Of a stretch of 64,000 bases of DNA, positions 39,195 through 53,665 are shown one piece after another. The first letter of the stretch is position 1; every line of letters begins with the position of its first letter. This stretch comes from Stegostoma tigrinum. Lineage: Eukaryota. The DNA lies in NCBI RefSeq assembly GCF_030684315.1, contig NC_081368.1, positions 23,865,899 to 23,929,898 of the forward strand. Direction: 5' to 3'. The position numbers and the translations under genes are program-made. The notes beneath the pieces were generated by a model. It was not told where the DNA came from, made no database searches, and was given only the letters and a program-made list of their open reading frames with translations.

Positions 39195-40789
39195 TGCTTT
39201 TATTTGTTTTAAACAGTGTCTTGTGAGGTATGACACTTAAACCTGATATGAATCTATTTATCATTTGGCATGTTGGTAGTGTCAATGCAGTGGAAGATAT
39301 TTCTTCAATGACAGACATTGCACAGGAATTGAAAGGTCACTTGTATCAGTACTGTCATGTATCAGCACCAGATAGGTTGATGAGGACTGTTCAACATACT
39401 GATATTTATATGTTGAATTAGGCAACTAAAAATTTCAGATAATTACAAGGACTTAGCACAGGCACTGGCTTCAGCTTTCCCTTGTGACACCCTTACCCTG
39501 TCTAAAAGCCACCGCCTCCTGGGGAAGAACTCAACACTAGATATTTTCATCAATTGGTTTATTTTCAGATGTTATTACACACCTTTGGAGCAGGAGGGAC
39601 TTGAACTAAGGTCTCCCAGCTCAGTACATCACCACTGTATTACATAATCCCAGAACATAGCTCTATTTCATATTTCTTTGTTCAGGGAAGCTGTTACACA
39701 ACTCTGGATGTTTTTCCTTCCAGCACCAAAATCACCTCTGTTTCTAATCAAAGAACAATTATCATCCATTACCCACCAGATCAAGTGCAACAATAATAAA
39801 TGTAGGGGAGATGAGGGAAAGACACAGGAACTAAATTAAAATCAAGCTGGAGGCAAAAGAACCCAACCCTATGTGCTTTCCAAATCACCTGTGTTACCTT
39901 TTCTTCCCACTTTTCTACCAACAGATCATGCAGGTTTTTAATTAAAATAAAAAATTACAAGCACTGCCTATAAAGAGCAGTGCAACAAAAACAAACTTGA
40001 GAAAATGTAGGGAGAGAAGGAGAGGACAGAACCAGCACTAGAAAATTTTTAATCAACCTGTTCAAAGATGTGAAAGTACTTTTTAATCAGCCCATTCAAA
40101 TATGTTATGATACATCCCTAGAACAGCTGGGACATGGACCTGGGCCTTCTAGCTCAGAGACAAGGACACTAAGTCCAATGAATATCACCTGCTGTCATTC
40201 AACTCTGAAGCTGTTCTGGTTGACCTTGTTAGGTATCTGCATTTCTAACATTGACATGAACAACTTCAAAAGGATTCTTTTTCTGTGCTGGTTCTTTAAC
40301 TCATTGATACATCTCAGTGATAGTGCATCTAAACAATTTAAGTGATAAATATTGAGATTTCCTATCCAGAGTAAATTCTATGACTGTTCTTTCTTCAGTA
40401 CTTCTTCCGAACAGTGCTCAACACATGGAGGAGTGCTAACGTATCAGCTGAAGAATGGTTTAGGTGGAAATCAGCCAAAGATTTCCTTACCAACTGAAGT
40501 AAAATAAATTCAGTTGCATTGTTATTATCAGTTTACTTTAATTTTTTATTATGATAGAAACATTATTTTTTAACTGCAATTAAACGTTTGGCTAAAATGT
40601 TTTTCCTGTGCTTATTAGAATAGTTACCAGTTTACTCCTTACTTTTCTTAGAACTTCCTGACAGTCCAACTTCCTTTGTCTTGCCAGCACTCCTTTCTTA
40701 GTCATTATATTGTTTTAATTTGAACAATTGGTCAAATTATAAAACATGTTCTTTGCCATCTGAACTTAAACATTGGGATTCCTTAGACA

Positions 40790-41830
40790 GTTCCTACAAG
40801 ACCCTCGGCCACTTTCATCTAGAAGGAAAAGATCAGCAAATACATAGGAACACCATCACTGGCAAGTTTCCCCGCAATCCACTCACCATTCTGACTTGGA
40901 AACATATCATGTTTCCTGCAGTGTCAGTGGTTCAAAGTTCTAGAAATTCACCTATAAAGCATAGACTGCAGCAGTTCAAGAAGGCAGCTCACCACCTCCT
41001 TTTCAAAGGCAACTAGGGCCAAGAAATAAATGCTGGCCAAGCCAGTATGACCATCATTCCACGAATGAATGAAAAAACTCCCAGTGAAACACAAGTGAGT
41101 GTGGAAAAGAACAAAAGCAGATAAATGCATGGTTACGAAGATGCTGCATGAGGAAGGACTTCAGATTCCTGGGATATTGGGACCATATAGGGAGGAGAGA
41201 GAACCTGTCCTTGTTGCTTGCAACTAAAGAGCCAGGACCAATTTCCTTTTGATGCACTCTGTTCATGCTGTTGGGAAGCATTTAAGCTAATTGGGCAGGG
41301 GCATGGGAATCAGAAGGTATTTTTATACCAGATGAATATCGGGATGCATAGAACACTGACAGAGACAGACAGCACTAGAGATTATTTATTCATTTGTGGG
41401 ATCTTGGTATCACTAGCCAGACCACCATTTTTTGCCATCCCTAGTAGTTCTTGAGAAGCTAGTGGTGAGCTGCTTAATTGAACTGCTACTGTCTATTTTG
41501 TGTAGGTATTCCCTCAGTGATGCTTCGGGTTAATTCCAGGATTTTGATCTAATGACACTTAAGGGATGGCAATATATTTCCAAGTCAGGATGGTATTTGG
41601 CTTGGAGTAAAACTGGCAGTTGACGATGTTCCCAAGTCTCTGTTGCCCTTGACCATTCAGATGGTAGTGGTCATAGGTTAGAAAGATGCAGTTTAATGAG
41701 CCTAGGTATGTTTCTTCAATACATTTTGGGATGATATATAGTGCTACTATTTAGCAATACGGTGAACAGAATGGATTTGGTGCCAGTGGAGGCAGATTGA
41801 GGCCCTTAAATGCCAACTCATTGGACCAGA
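40790..41830. mobile_element. Family X LINE 3' ends (+ at 40790-41075, - at 41385-41830) around a CR1 ORF1 fragment
   Basis: gactgcagcagttcaagaaggcagctcaccacc...aataaatgctggcc and its reverse complement; WLRRCCMRKDFRFLGYWD at ~41129-41183. Confidence 0.7.
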
Positions 41831-42959
41831 ATGGCTTCCTTCTCTATTTTCACAATGTGAATCTGTAATTAATATGTTTTGGTTCCTAAACAAACAGATG
41901 AAGAACCGGAAAGGAACAAGGTTATGCCAAACTTGCATCTCACCTTGTTTCAACCACATGTGGTATGCTGTACGCAGTTTTGGTTTCCATATCATAAATG
42001 GGATATAGAAATGATTCACTAGAATAATAAGAGTTGAGAAGACATGCTTATGAAGAAAAATTGATTCTAGCTTAGGCTTGTTTTCATTAGGAAAGAAAAG
42101 GTTGAATGATGAATTAATAGAGAATTTTAAAATTATGAAAGGGCTTGATATGGTAAATGCCATATGAACAGACATCTTTTTGATCTGGCTGTGAGAAACA
42201 CAGAAATCACTGACAAGTTTCTTGTAACAAACACCTTGTGTTGTATGGCAGACTTTGAAATACCATGGTGAGAGTGATCCTTGTCAGGACTGCTGCACAG
42301 CCTATCTCAACTCCTGCAGCCTCAGTACACATCCGTTATGCACTTGGAGAGGGGACATACCAACACAATATGGCAGATGAATTGTATTAAACTTAACAAA
42401 TGAGGAGACAATTGCCTGGTTTTGGGGATTTGCATTCGCTAGATAAATAAATAAGATAGGTGTAAAGAAGATGTTTCCACATGTAGGGGAGATCAGAACT
42501 AACCATAGCCATAAATATGAGAAAGTCACCGATCAGAAATTCAGGAAAAACTTCATACCTGTAGAATGGATAACATGTCGATTTCGCTATTAGGCTGTGA
42601 GCACAGATGCATGAAGGGAAAGTTAGATACGCCAATATGGAGAAAAGTATACAAGGCTACATACCAATAGCATATACCAACGGTGCTAGGTGAAGAGGAA
42701 TGAGAAGGCACTCATATGGACCACAAATGCTAGAAAACCTATTGGGCCAAATGGCCTCATTACATTCTGTATACTTTATATAATTCTGTATATTAAGGCA
42801 GTACTGGAATGGATTCAAAAGATATAATAGAATTACCAGGTCAGCTCTAGAATCTGGGAGCACGAGGAAAGGGCTACTGGAGTTCAAAGTATATTTAAAC
42901 AGAAGGCTTCAAGATCACTCGGTCAGGATGAAGAATTGTTCCAGAAAGAATCTGAAACC

Positions 42960-43340
42960 TTGGGAGTCAAGGAGGCGGAGATGAGAGGGTGGTTTGGCTA
43001 TAGGATGAGGCTGGGGGTGTGTCCAAGCCTCCTGCTCATCCCCACCTCCTTGACCTGACACAACTTGTCCATCTTCTCTACCTATCTGTCCCACCCATGC
43101 CATTGACCAATCGCCACCACTCCCTATTTGCACTCACCTATCACCATCCCACCTACTTCCCTAGCCCCACCCCTCCTCTCTATTTATTTTCCAGCTGCCT
43201 TTCCCCTCACCCTTTCTGAAGAAGGGTCCCAACCTGAAATGCCAACTTTCCTGCTCCTCTGATGATGCCTGGCCTGCTGTGCTCCTCCAGCTCTATACTG
43301 TGTTATCTCTGACTCCAGCATCCGCAGTTCTTGCTATCTC
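42960..43340 (+). mobile_element. PLE terminal region with short inverted start
   Basis: C-rich 3' region, CTGAAGA-AGGGTCCCAACCT-GAAA-TGCC at 43216-43243, tail gactccagcatccgcagttc. Confidence 0.75.
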
Positions 43341-43749
43341 TGGAGACAATCTTAATCTGCTTCTGTTTGACTGTAATGTTAGATTCCAAAGACTCCTGCC
43401 CAAAGCTAACAAGGTTTTTGTTTAATTATACAAACAGCTTTAATAATGTCATTGGGGTTTGATCAAGGCTAAGGCTGCATGTAAACAATAGTGATGGTTA
43501 CCCAGGAGATCAAAGCTGAAAGGATTCCAGAAAATCAGCGCGTTTTTCTTTGAAAATCTCTTAAGTTTCTTTGTGGGGAAGGAGAAGCAGAGGTACTCCT
43601 GACCAGCTGACCACATTTACACCTGGGACTTAACATTGACCCTCTGTTTGATAATCTGTGATGAAAACTGCAGTGACTGTAACAAGGTCAGTGGAGTCCC
43701 AACGATGAGTTCCCTGACTGGGGCTGTTAACCTGGTACAATCGGAGCCG

Positions 43750-44621
43750 TCAGAAATAATGGGAACTGCAGATGCTGGAGAATCCAAGATAACAAAGTGT
43801 GGGGCTGGATGAACACGGCAGGCCAAGCAGCATCTTAGGAGCACAAAAGCTGACGTTTCGAGCCTAGACCCTTCATCAGAAAAGGGGGATAGGGAGAGGA
43901 TTCTGAAATAAATAGGGAGAGAGGGGGAGGCAGACTGAAGATGGATAGAGGAGAAGATAGGTGGAGAAGAGAGCATGGGTGGGGAGGTAGGGAGGGGATA
44001 GGTCAGCCCGGGGAGGACAGACAGATCAAGGGGGTGGGATGAGGTTAATAGGTAGGAAGTGGAGGTGCAGCCTGAAGTGGGAGGAGCGGATAGGTGAGAG
44101 GAAGAACAGGTTAGGCAGGCGGGGACGAACTGGGCTGGTTTTGGGATGCAGTGCGGGGAGGGGAGATTTTGAAGCTGGTGAAATCCATATTGATACCATT
44201 GGGCTGCAGGGTTCCCAAGCGGAATATGAGTTGCTGTTCCTGCAACCTACGAGTGGCATCATTATGGCACTGCAGAAGGCCCAGGATGGACATGTCATCT
44301 AAGGAATGGGAGGCGGAGTTAAAATGGTTCGCGACTGGGAGGTGCAGTTGTTTACTGTGAACTGAGCGTAGGTGTTCTGCAAAGTGGTCCCCAAGCCTCC
44401 ACTTGGTTTCCCCAATGTAGAGGAAGCCACACCGTGTACAGCGGATGCAGTATACCACATTGACGGATGTGCAGGTGAACATCTGCTTGATGTGTGAAGT
44501 CATCTTGGGGCCTGGGATGGGGGTGAGGGAGGTGGTTTGAGGGCAGGTATAGCACTTTCTGCGGTTGCAGGAGAAAGTGCCGAGTGTGGTGGAGTTGGAG
44601 GGGAGTGTGGAGCGGACAAGG
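43750..44621 (-). mobile_element. PLE family A 3' part with open GIY-YIG domain
   Basis: ORF 44111-44503 FTCTSVNVVYCIRCTRCGFLYIGETKWRLGDHFAEH...LPVANHFN...EQQLIFRLGTLQPNGIN; full terminal repeat and tail. Confidence 0.93.
43852..43879 (-). ncRNA. Minimal hammerhead ribozyme motif (family A)
   Basis: CTGATGAAGGGTCTAGGCTCGAAACGTC; core intact, one G-U pair in stem II. Confidence 0.68.
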
Positions 44622-45119
44622 GATTGACAGATATAAATAGGAGTGTCAGAGGTTCAGCTCACTCTGACAGCTGGCTCTGAGGAAGCCAGACAAGTTTCAA
44701 GTATTGTATGCATGTGAATAATGGGTTACAGGAACACCAGCCTCTGGAGTTATTTCAAAAACAATTGTTAACCTACTTCATCAAATTCTTAGTTTGCCTG
44801 ACATAAAAACATTGAGAATCTATAATCTGTTGCTTATACAATCTGGAAATTTTCTAGCCTGTATACTGACTGATGCACTGATTAAACTGATACATTATTC
44901 AAGACGTACATTTGCAGAATGAGAACTTATGATTGAAGGCGCTCTTTAACTATTGTAGGTAGAAGTCATCACTCATAGCTTCGAAAATAGGCTAAGGCTT
45001 TCAGAAAATAAGTGAAAACACAAATATGTTGTAAAGTTGATTCATTTATCAAATTTAATTGTTGTTGTATAAAATATAGAATATAAGATTGACAAGGATT
45101 AAAATTATGAACTAATGAA

Positions 45120-48100
45120 GAGCTTATCCCGGACTTACAGCAGTACATTCTAGAACCTATCAAACATCAGACTATTCTAGACCAATAAGCAACAAGATAG
45201 AATTAGTCAATAACCTGATGGTAAGGGAACCTCTCAATGACAACAATCATAACAATCACGTTTAGTTTAAAGGGAGAATAAAGACTTGGATATAAAGACT
45301 AGTGTTTACAACATAAATCAAAGTACCTGCAACAATATAAAGACAGAGCTGGCTAAAATGAACGAAGAAACTAGGTTATAAAAGGTTAGACAGTAGAGAA
45401 GTAGTGGCAGAATTTTAAGGAAATATTTAATAAATCTTAGCAATGATATATTCCAGTGGGAAAAACACTGAGAAGGATGCGTCATCCATCACTAAATAAG
45501 GAAGGTATCAAATTGAAAGAAAAATTCTACAAATCTGTGATAGTGTTAGATCAAAAGATTGAACAAATTTTATAAACCAGCAAAGAATTATGAAAAAAGT
45601 GGGAGAAAATAAAGCATGAAACAAACGAAATGCAGTTGGTTCTACTATAATGTGCGTCCCACCAACGCGAACCGGCGATAATGCAACCGATGAATAGGAG
45701 AATGCTATTTCTAAATTGCAAACTTGTGTTGGCTATAACACAATTCCATTGGTGCTCCTCATCTTTGGATAGTGTACCAAGCAATTCTTCCACTAATGGT
45801 GAGCCTTCTGAAAACATAAAAGTGCTATTTCTACCCCCAAACACAACCTCTCTTCCCTCAACCCATTGACTAGGGTGCAATAACAGTTTTTCAAATGTAT
45901 TATTTATGGTGCACATTTAAGAGGCTGATTAGAGTCACCGAGCGGGATAAGGACAGTATTTGTCAATTTTGGAAGAGCTTTAACATCAGGACTGCAATTG
46001 GCACTATTATGGAACTCTGGGTGATATCAGTAAGGACTGCTTGCATGCAGTTTAGTGGAGGTTTCTCCAGATTTTTTCAAGATTTTAAAGGTTTTGATTC
46101 ATCAGAGGAGCTCCCAAGGAATCAAGAACATTGTGTTGATCTTGCAAAGCAAGTTGTATTTGAAAAAGTGGAGAGTGAGGATGTTGAAAAGCTGCTTGAG
46201 TCCAACTGTGAAGATCTCTCTAAAGCTGACCTGTAACAATTTGGCGCTGAGGAGGAAGTGAAAGCTGGGGATGAAGATGAAGTCCAGGATGCTGCACCAT
46301 GAGAACTTTCCACTTCTGTTTTGTCCATCCTGAGGGAAATTGAGAAGCAGTTGCAGCTCTTAGAGGACAACAATTACAATGCAGAACACAGCAGGGTAGC
46401 AGCTCATGGGATAAGATCTTATTTGCCACCCAATGAACAGCTTTTTCATGAAAGAAGAAAAAAGAGCAAGGCAGTAAAAGCTGGATGTCCTTTTAAAGAC
46501 ACCCCCCAAGAAACAGCCAGAAAACAATGACCCACAGCCATATACCTCTGGATTTTTTTTTTGCCCTAACCCTGCAGCCATAACTGAACCTGAAGGTGAT
46601 AATGTTGACGATGATGATGATGATGACCCTCAGCCCCTGCATTAACAACAGAGCAACCTCAAAATCTCCTCCCCATCAAGTCACCTTGACATTTTTTCAA
46701 GGCAATGTGTTAAATTTACCATTATTTCATTATTAAATATGAATTAAACATTTATTCAAATTTTGCTATACTTCGTGTTAGGCTTTTGAATGATTTTTGA
46801 GTCATTTTGAGTGGTATATTTTGGTGGTCTGCCCCTAACCCTGCTTTTCGCATAGCGTAATTTTCTATAACTCAATGTTATGCAGGAACACAACTATTGT
46901 GTTGTAGAGGAACCGACTGTAGTAAAATTACCAGATGAAAAGAATTTTGTTCAAGTATTTAAATTAGAAACAAATAAATAAAGTTAATTCTGGTCCTGAG
47001 GAAAATGCATTTGGGGGAATTGATAATAGAAATTTAGGCATTGAATGCATATTTAATTAGCTGCAGAAGACTTAGAAATTTTCCTAAAGGTATTTGAAAA
47101 TTAAGAGGTGAACAGGATGGAGGAATTTAAAACAATTGCCATCACCAGAGAAAGGTACTGAGAAAACTATTAGACCTCAAGTCTCTCAAATCTGCTGCCT
47201 AAACTCATAAAAGAAGTAGTTGCAGCGATAGAAGCATTGGCTACTATCTTCCAAAATTCCTTGATTCAGCAGATTGGAAAATAACTAACATCATTATTCA
47301 AGAAAAGTGGGAGACAGAAAGCAGGAAACTACAGATCAGTTAGCCTAACATTTGTCATCGAAAAGAGTCCCTTATTAAAGAGATTATAATAACGTACTTT
47401 GAAAATTTCAAAGTAATCAAGCAGAGTCAATATAGTTTTGTGATGGAGAAATCATGTTTAACAAGTTTGGTAGCATTAATTGAAGAAGAAACAAATAAGA
47501 CGGATAGACGGAATCTGTGAATGTGGTGTAATTTCAATTTCCAAAATGCATTTAAGTATGACCTCATTGTGTAAGGGATAACATATTATCAATGTTTAAA
47601 GGACTGGTTAGCTAACAGGAAGTACCTGGTAGGGATAAATGACTGGCACCAATAGAAGAACAATGTACCATTTAAATTAAGAAAGATTGCAGAATTGGGA
47701 GGTACATAGAGTCTGGGAATCCTAGTACATGAATCAAAGAAAGTTAATTCCAGGTACAGCAAGTAACAGGGAGGCAAATGGAATGCCAGCATTTATTGCA
47801 AGGAAAATGGAATATATGAATAGGCAAATTTTAGTGCAGCTGTACAAGACCTTCCTGAGACTACATCTACTGCACTGTGTACAATTTTGGTCTCTTTATT
47901 TGAAAAAGGTAGTACTTTCATTAGAAGTGGTTCATAGAAAGTTCACTTGATTCATTTCTGGACTGAGGGCTTATTCATTGAAAAAGGTTGAGCAGGCCTT
48001 TATCCATTGAAGTTCAAAAGAATGAAAAGAGGCTGATGAGTGACCCTCTAGAGGTTTATAATATCATGAGGGATACAGATAAAGTCAATAGCCAATGTCT

Positions 48101-48780
48101 TTTTCCAAGGATAGGGGAGATCTAAAACTAGTGAACATAGGTTTAAGGTGAGAGGGGAAAGATTCCAAAAGGAACCTGACAGGCAACATTTTCACACAGA
48201 GGATGGTGAAAATATGGAATGAGCTGCCAGACCAAGTGATAGAGGTGAGTACAGTTACAACATTTAAAAAGACATTTGGACAGATGTATGAATAGGAAAG
48301 GTTTAGAGGGATATGGGCCAAACATGGGCAAATAGGACTAGTTCAGTTTAGGAAACCTGGTCGGCATGGATGAATTGGAATGAAGGGTTGTTTCCATGCT
48401 ATATGGTTCAGACTCTAGGTGCTTTTTTTTGAAACATGTAAGATCTTGAGAACATTTGACGAGGTAAGTTCTAAGAGGATATTTCCTCCTGTAGGATACA
48501 TACATCTCAGGGTCTCAATTTAAGGATATGAGGTCTCACTTTTAGGACAGAGCTGAGAAGAAATAATTCCTCTTAGAGGATCATTATTCTGTGGAATTCT
48601 TTTCCCCAGAAAATAATGGAGGCTCACTCGAGGCTAAAGTAGATAGACTTTTGACTGACAAACGAGACAATGGTTTATGGGTTTCAGACGGAAAAGTAGA
48701 GTCAAAGCCAAATCAGATCAATCAAAATCATATTGAACAGTGGAGCAGACTTGATGGGCTGAAAGCTATATTCCCAAAAT
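45120..48780 (+). mobile_element. Old CR1 LINE hosting nested insertions
   Basis: Degenerate ORF2 (KAGNYRSVSLT, RQILVQLYKTFLRLHLLHCVQFWS) interrupted by a Tigger element and by a second CR1 3' end at ~48030-48415. Confidence 0.75.
45633..46919 (+). mobile_element. Tigger/pogo DNA transposon, internally deleted
   Basis: TIRs cagttggttctactataa / ttgtagaggaaccgactg flanked by TG and TA; transposase relics NIKVLFLPPNTTSL, QFWKSFNIRTAI, EDVEKLLES. Confidence 0.85.
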
Positions 48781-50929
48781 CTATCTTTGAGTGTCACTGT
48801 TTTATTATTCCCAACTTTAAAACAGAAAACCTAAAAGATATTTCAGAAGTGCATAGTATATGGGAACCTTGGTGTGACTATGCATTTTCAGGTTCATATG
48901 CCAATTAATACAAAGTAGAAGCATTGGCATGGAAACCTGGAGATGCCCACTTTCTTAGAAATCATAGGGTACAATCCCTGTGCTAGAATTTTGAGACCTG
49001 AGGTGATCCCAATATTGGACCTCAGGATTATTTCCAAAGTGTTGACCTTACTCGACCTGTTATTGTCATGAAAAGGCTCAAGGGAGGTTGAGTCTTTTGT
49101 CAGGATGAATAGAGACTGCTGGAAACTTTATCTCATTCTAAACTTTCGTATAATTCTTTATATAGTACAGGTTAGCACAATACTTAATAGAAGTTTTCTC
49201 TGTAGAGTTTTGTTAAATGATCACTTACATTTTAGATGTATATTATTACACCTAACTTATGAAGTGTGATTAAAAGTTGATCTACAACATTGCTCACCTA
49301 AAAAAGAAAGGGAGAGGACAGTATGGCTTAGGTGAGGAATGGTGACTGGTGGCTTGTGGGTTATGGTCTCTACCAATACGATATATGGTATACCAAGGAC
49401 TGTATTGGTTCAAGAAAGCAGCTCAGTTCCACCTTCTCTAGAGAAATGAGAGATGGGCAATAAATGCTTGTCCAGCCATAATGTTGATATTTTTAAGACA
49501 AATGAACAAAAATTTATGTGCATTTTGCCAGCCACTTTGGAGGCCATTTAGCACCTGAAATAAAGGCTCAGAAAACTAAGCATGAAATGCCTGTATTTCG
49601 AGGCCATTGCCTGCCACACAAAGTGGCATGTTTAACATGTAAGTACATATTACAACAATCACAACACAAAGGAACAACAGATATTTATGGACAGCAAGTA
49701 CAGCAGGTGTTAGAGTCAGAATTAACTCTGTGTGGAGTTGGAGGAACACAATAGGTCGGGCAGCATCAGAGGAGTGGGAAAGTTGATGTTTTGATACGTT
49801 TTCAGTTAAATGACTCCCCATATCCTGAATCGAATATATAATTCACAACTTTAAAGGTAGCTTTGATATTTTATTTTCACAACATGAAGAGAGTACAATT
49901 TCTTAATCTTTCAGTCAGATTTGATGCAACATATCAGTATATATGTAATTAAAGGTGTAAAGATTATATCTTTTTACTCTTTAAGGTTTGCGTGTAGAAT
50001 AAAATTGTAAAAAGATTTTTAAACCTAAAGACTGAGAAAAGAATTCCTGCATGCTTATAAACAAATTACTGGAACTCATTATGAATTGTGTTTACACTAT
50101 TGCTTTGCAAGCAGTAGGGAAGGAGAGACAAGACAGCACAGTACGGGGTGTGTATGCAGAGTGAGATTCAGCTCCAACAGCTTGATTTCTTTTGCCCAAC
50201 TGTGAACGTTTTTGAATGCCAGAGATCATCAGCCTGGCAAAAACTCCCTGATTGGCTCCTCAGCAGGTAAACAGGTTAGGTATTAGCAATAGAGAGTGAT
50301 AAGCCCCCAGACTGCTGGAAGACCAGGTTCTATGTCTCTGTTTCTCTGCAGTAGAGTAACTCAAGAAGCCAGCTATTTTTTTCCCCCTCCAGTTACTGCA
50401 AGCTATTTCCTTTAACCAAGAGAATATTTGTAATAGTGCACCAATTACTCTATGTCTCCTACAAAGAAGTGAAAGAATCTGGAGGCGATCAGAGGACAAA
50501 AGGTACAAAGAACAAGGAAGCAAAAGTAGCATCTCATCAAATCTGTGGAATGCTGCTATTGAAGGTTGTTTCTCCAGTACTTTCCTTTTTACCTACATCA
50601 CTAATTTTTTTTTTGCTTGGCTGTGTCTGCTTTATTATGATCAACTGGGATATTGGGCTATAAATTGTGTCCTACTGTTCCCAGAATTGTACCAAATGTT
50701 AAAGATTTTTAAAACATGTACACAGTATCCCTATTTTCCTGACTTTTGTATCAAAGTTGATAGACAAGACAGACCAGGTTTCTGCAGTGACTAATGTTTA
50801 TTATTTGTTAAAATAATTAAACTATAGCCACAGGCAAACAGATATAAAGCAATAACATACATAGCTACTAACTAAAATTCTAAAAATCATATGTGCACAC
50901 AGATACACACAAACATATAAGGAAAATAG

Positions 50930-51030
50930 ATACAAAAACAGAAATTTCTCAAGAAACTCAGCAGATGTGGCAACATCTGTGGAGGGAAAATAGAGTCAAT
51001 GTTTTGGGACCAGCATTTCTTTAATGAGCT
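50930..51030 (-). mobile_element. PLE family B terminal fragment
   Basis: acaaaaacagaaatt...aaactcagcag...catctgtggag, matching the arms at 19758 and 39100. Confidence 0.65.
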
Positions 51031-51539
51031 CAGAAAGTTCAATTCATGATAATGCAAAGCTAATTCTTAAAACAACTGGCAAACATTGGTTAACATCTAA
51101 GCTATAATATGGAATCAGAATTATATTGTCTTAATCCTACACAGATATACTGACACAACACAAAAGACAACAGATTCTGCAAAGATTATTTGCTTTCCAA
51201 AAAAGGCACAAAAAATCTCGTTGGCCAAGGATCTTAAAGAATAGAATCTGATGAATCCTCCAATCCTCAAAGTCCACCAGGTTTCTTATATAAAAAAAAT
51301 CGAACTGATGCCAGGTATAGATTGGTGGCATATCTTCAGTTATCCTGGAAAACAAACTGGATCCAAGTCTTTGGAAAGTGGTGAGTCAGCTTTTCAGAGT
51401 TTATGAGGCATTCAGAAATACTGATATTTTATAGTTTTTATCAGATTCCCAAGAATTTACTGTGATGGAGGGAGGGAGAGAAAGATACTTCCAGCTTCAG
51501 GGGCTTTTTTTTTGCTGAGTTTGTTGAGTTATCCACAGT

Positions 51540-52120
51540 TTAATCTGGGTGAGGGTGAGATGCCACCTTTTGGGAGATCAAATGTTAAGGAAAAGTATAC
51601 AGTTAACGTCAGGATTCTGAATAGCATTGATGTACAGAGTGATCTTAGAGTTCATGTCCACAGCTCTCTGAAAGTGGCCACACAAGCAGATAGGGTGGTA
51701 AAGAAGGCCAATGGCATTCTTGCCTTTATTGGTCCAGCAATTGAGTACAAGTGTCAGGGTGTCATGTTTCAGCTTCATAAGTTGGTTACGCCATGGCTAG
51801 AGTATTGTGTTCGATTCTGGTTGCCACATTACAAGAAGGATGTGGAAGCTTTGCAGAGGGTGCAGAGGAGGTTTACCAAGATGCTGTCTGGATTACACAG
51901 TATAGCTATGAGGAGAGGCTAGAAAAACCCAGGTTGTTTGCTCTTGAATGGTAGAGGCTGAGGGAAGACTTGATATAATTTTATAGAATTCCGAGATGCA
52001 TAGATCGGGTTGACGGCCAGAATCTTTTTCCCAGAGTTGAAATCTCTAATACTAGGGGGCATGCTTTTAAGATGAGAGGGGGAAGTTCAAAGGAAATGAA
52101 AGGAGCAAGCTTTTTGTTTT
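51540..52120 (+). mobile_element. CR1 LINE 3' RT fragment
   Basis: ORF 51512-51922 DLRVHVHSSLKVATQADRVVKKANGILAFI...ALQRVQRRFTKML. Confidence 0.88.
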
Positions 52121-53665
52121 GTACAGAGTGTATCCTGGAGGACTGAGATAAATACAAAGAAAAGAACTGCATTTTTTTTGCGTTCACCCTCAGTTTCCAT
52201 TGGAAATTAAACAGCATTGTAAAACATTCAAGGAAAACAAAAGCAGCAGTAAGTGAAAAAAGGTTACTATACAGAAACTTGTGACTCACATGGATCAAAG
52301 AAAAACTAGGCAACTTCAAATATACCAGTGTCTGTTACTTACTGTCAGATGTTTGTGATATTCGATACAATTAATAAGGCAATGCCTGATGCACTGTGAC
52401 TGCAGAAGCCTGACATTCACAATACATTGTTGCACTCAGTGCTTCCAGGAAGGTGACCAGCACCATCTAGGTACCAGTGCACAATCTGCCCAGATGTGAT
52501 GATCATATTAAATTTGTGGCATCTCCCAAATATTCAGCTGTGACTGACCAGCATTAAGAAAAGCTTAGGCTTCTTGGGTGCACACACACCCAATTAATTT
52601 CCTGTGTCAACACTGGGGCTCTGAAGGCCATTAATTTTCCTATAAATGTTTTTTCACGTCCCCACTCTAAATTCCTGATCAAAAACTCAGTGTTTTACAA
52701 ACATATTTGTTCTGGTTCAATATTCAGGCCTCTGCTCTCTGTAGAAAATAGAGTACATTGTAAGATTTCCAATATCAACAAAAGAAGCAATGACAGACAT
52801 TATTATAGAAGCTCGTAACTCAAACCAGATGAACCAGAAAAAGGCAATATAAATCTGAATCGCAACAGTCAAAATGTCCCCTTTTGAATTAGAATCGCAA
52901 TGCCAGGACTTAAAAAGTCGGGCAATACTACCTCGACCAAGGTCCATTGCTTAGAATTTTGTTTAGTGTCATTTAAAAATATTTTAAAGTAGTGATGCTT
53001 TATGAAGTCAACAATGCAATAATTATGAATATTGTTAGTGGTAAAGGACTGAAAATGTTGATGGCAATTGTTCAAAAATAATCCAATGTTACAGAGAACA
53101 ATGTTACACCCCTAAGGAGAAAATGTCCTCCTTGTCAAAAAAGACAGTCAAGTAAAGAGGTAAGAGAGAACATAGAACTGAATTTTTCAAACATGCAAAA
53201 GACTGTGCAGATCAGGTTGAATGGAAATGTAGCAAAAACAGGTAATACAAGCACAAAAAGTATGTATGAAAAGAAATGTATAAATATAAATCAATACAAA
53301 GAGAACACCAATTCCGTTAGGAAGAAATGGAGTCAGAAGCAATATGGACTTCTTGAAAACTGTTAATGGTAATGCTGTTAACGAATATAAGGAAATGGAA
53401 GACATTCTGAACAACAGCTTTGCATTATGATTTACTGATAATGAAGGGGTTAACATGTTGGACATCCCAAAGAAATTATTATAGGATCAGGGCCAGGGTC
53501 TTAAGAAAACTAACTGATGTAAAGTAACAGCAATGGAGTAGATAATTAAGCACTTAAGAGGGACAATGTCCAGGACTACAAAGGACATAATACCTTTTTC
53601 TTAATCTATAACTTTTGACCAGGAAGCAATCTTGTATGAAAAATTCATAACTTCTGAATCTGTCA

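Larger units (their letters stand above)
43669..44757 (+). mobile_element. Solo LTR split by a PLE insertion
   Basis: TG at 43669 and CA at 44757 flanked by 5-bp TSD AAAAC (43664-43668, 44758-44762); TATA-like tataaa at ~44632; about 215 bp without the insert. Confidence 0.7.

Noticed and set aside
49940-51480. Possible LTR-like segments
   Set aside because: Composition is suggestive, but I could not define TG...CA ends, TSD or PBS/PPT.
52745-52852. Possible plus-strand exon after ctctgctctctgtAG
   Set aside because: All frames hit stops within about 36 codons; no recognisable protein or partner exon.
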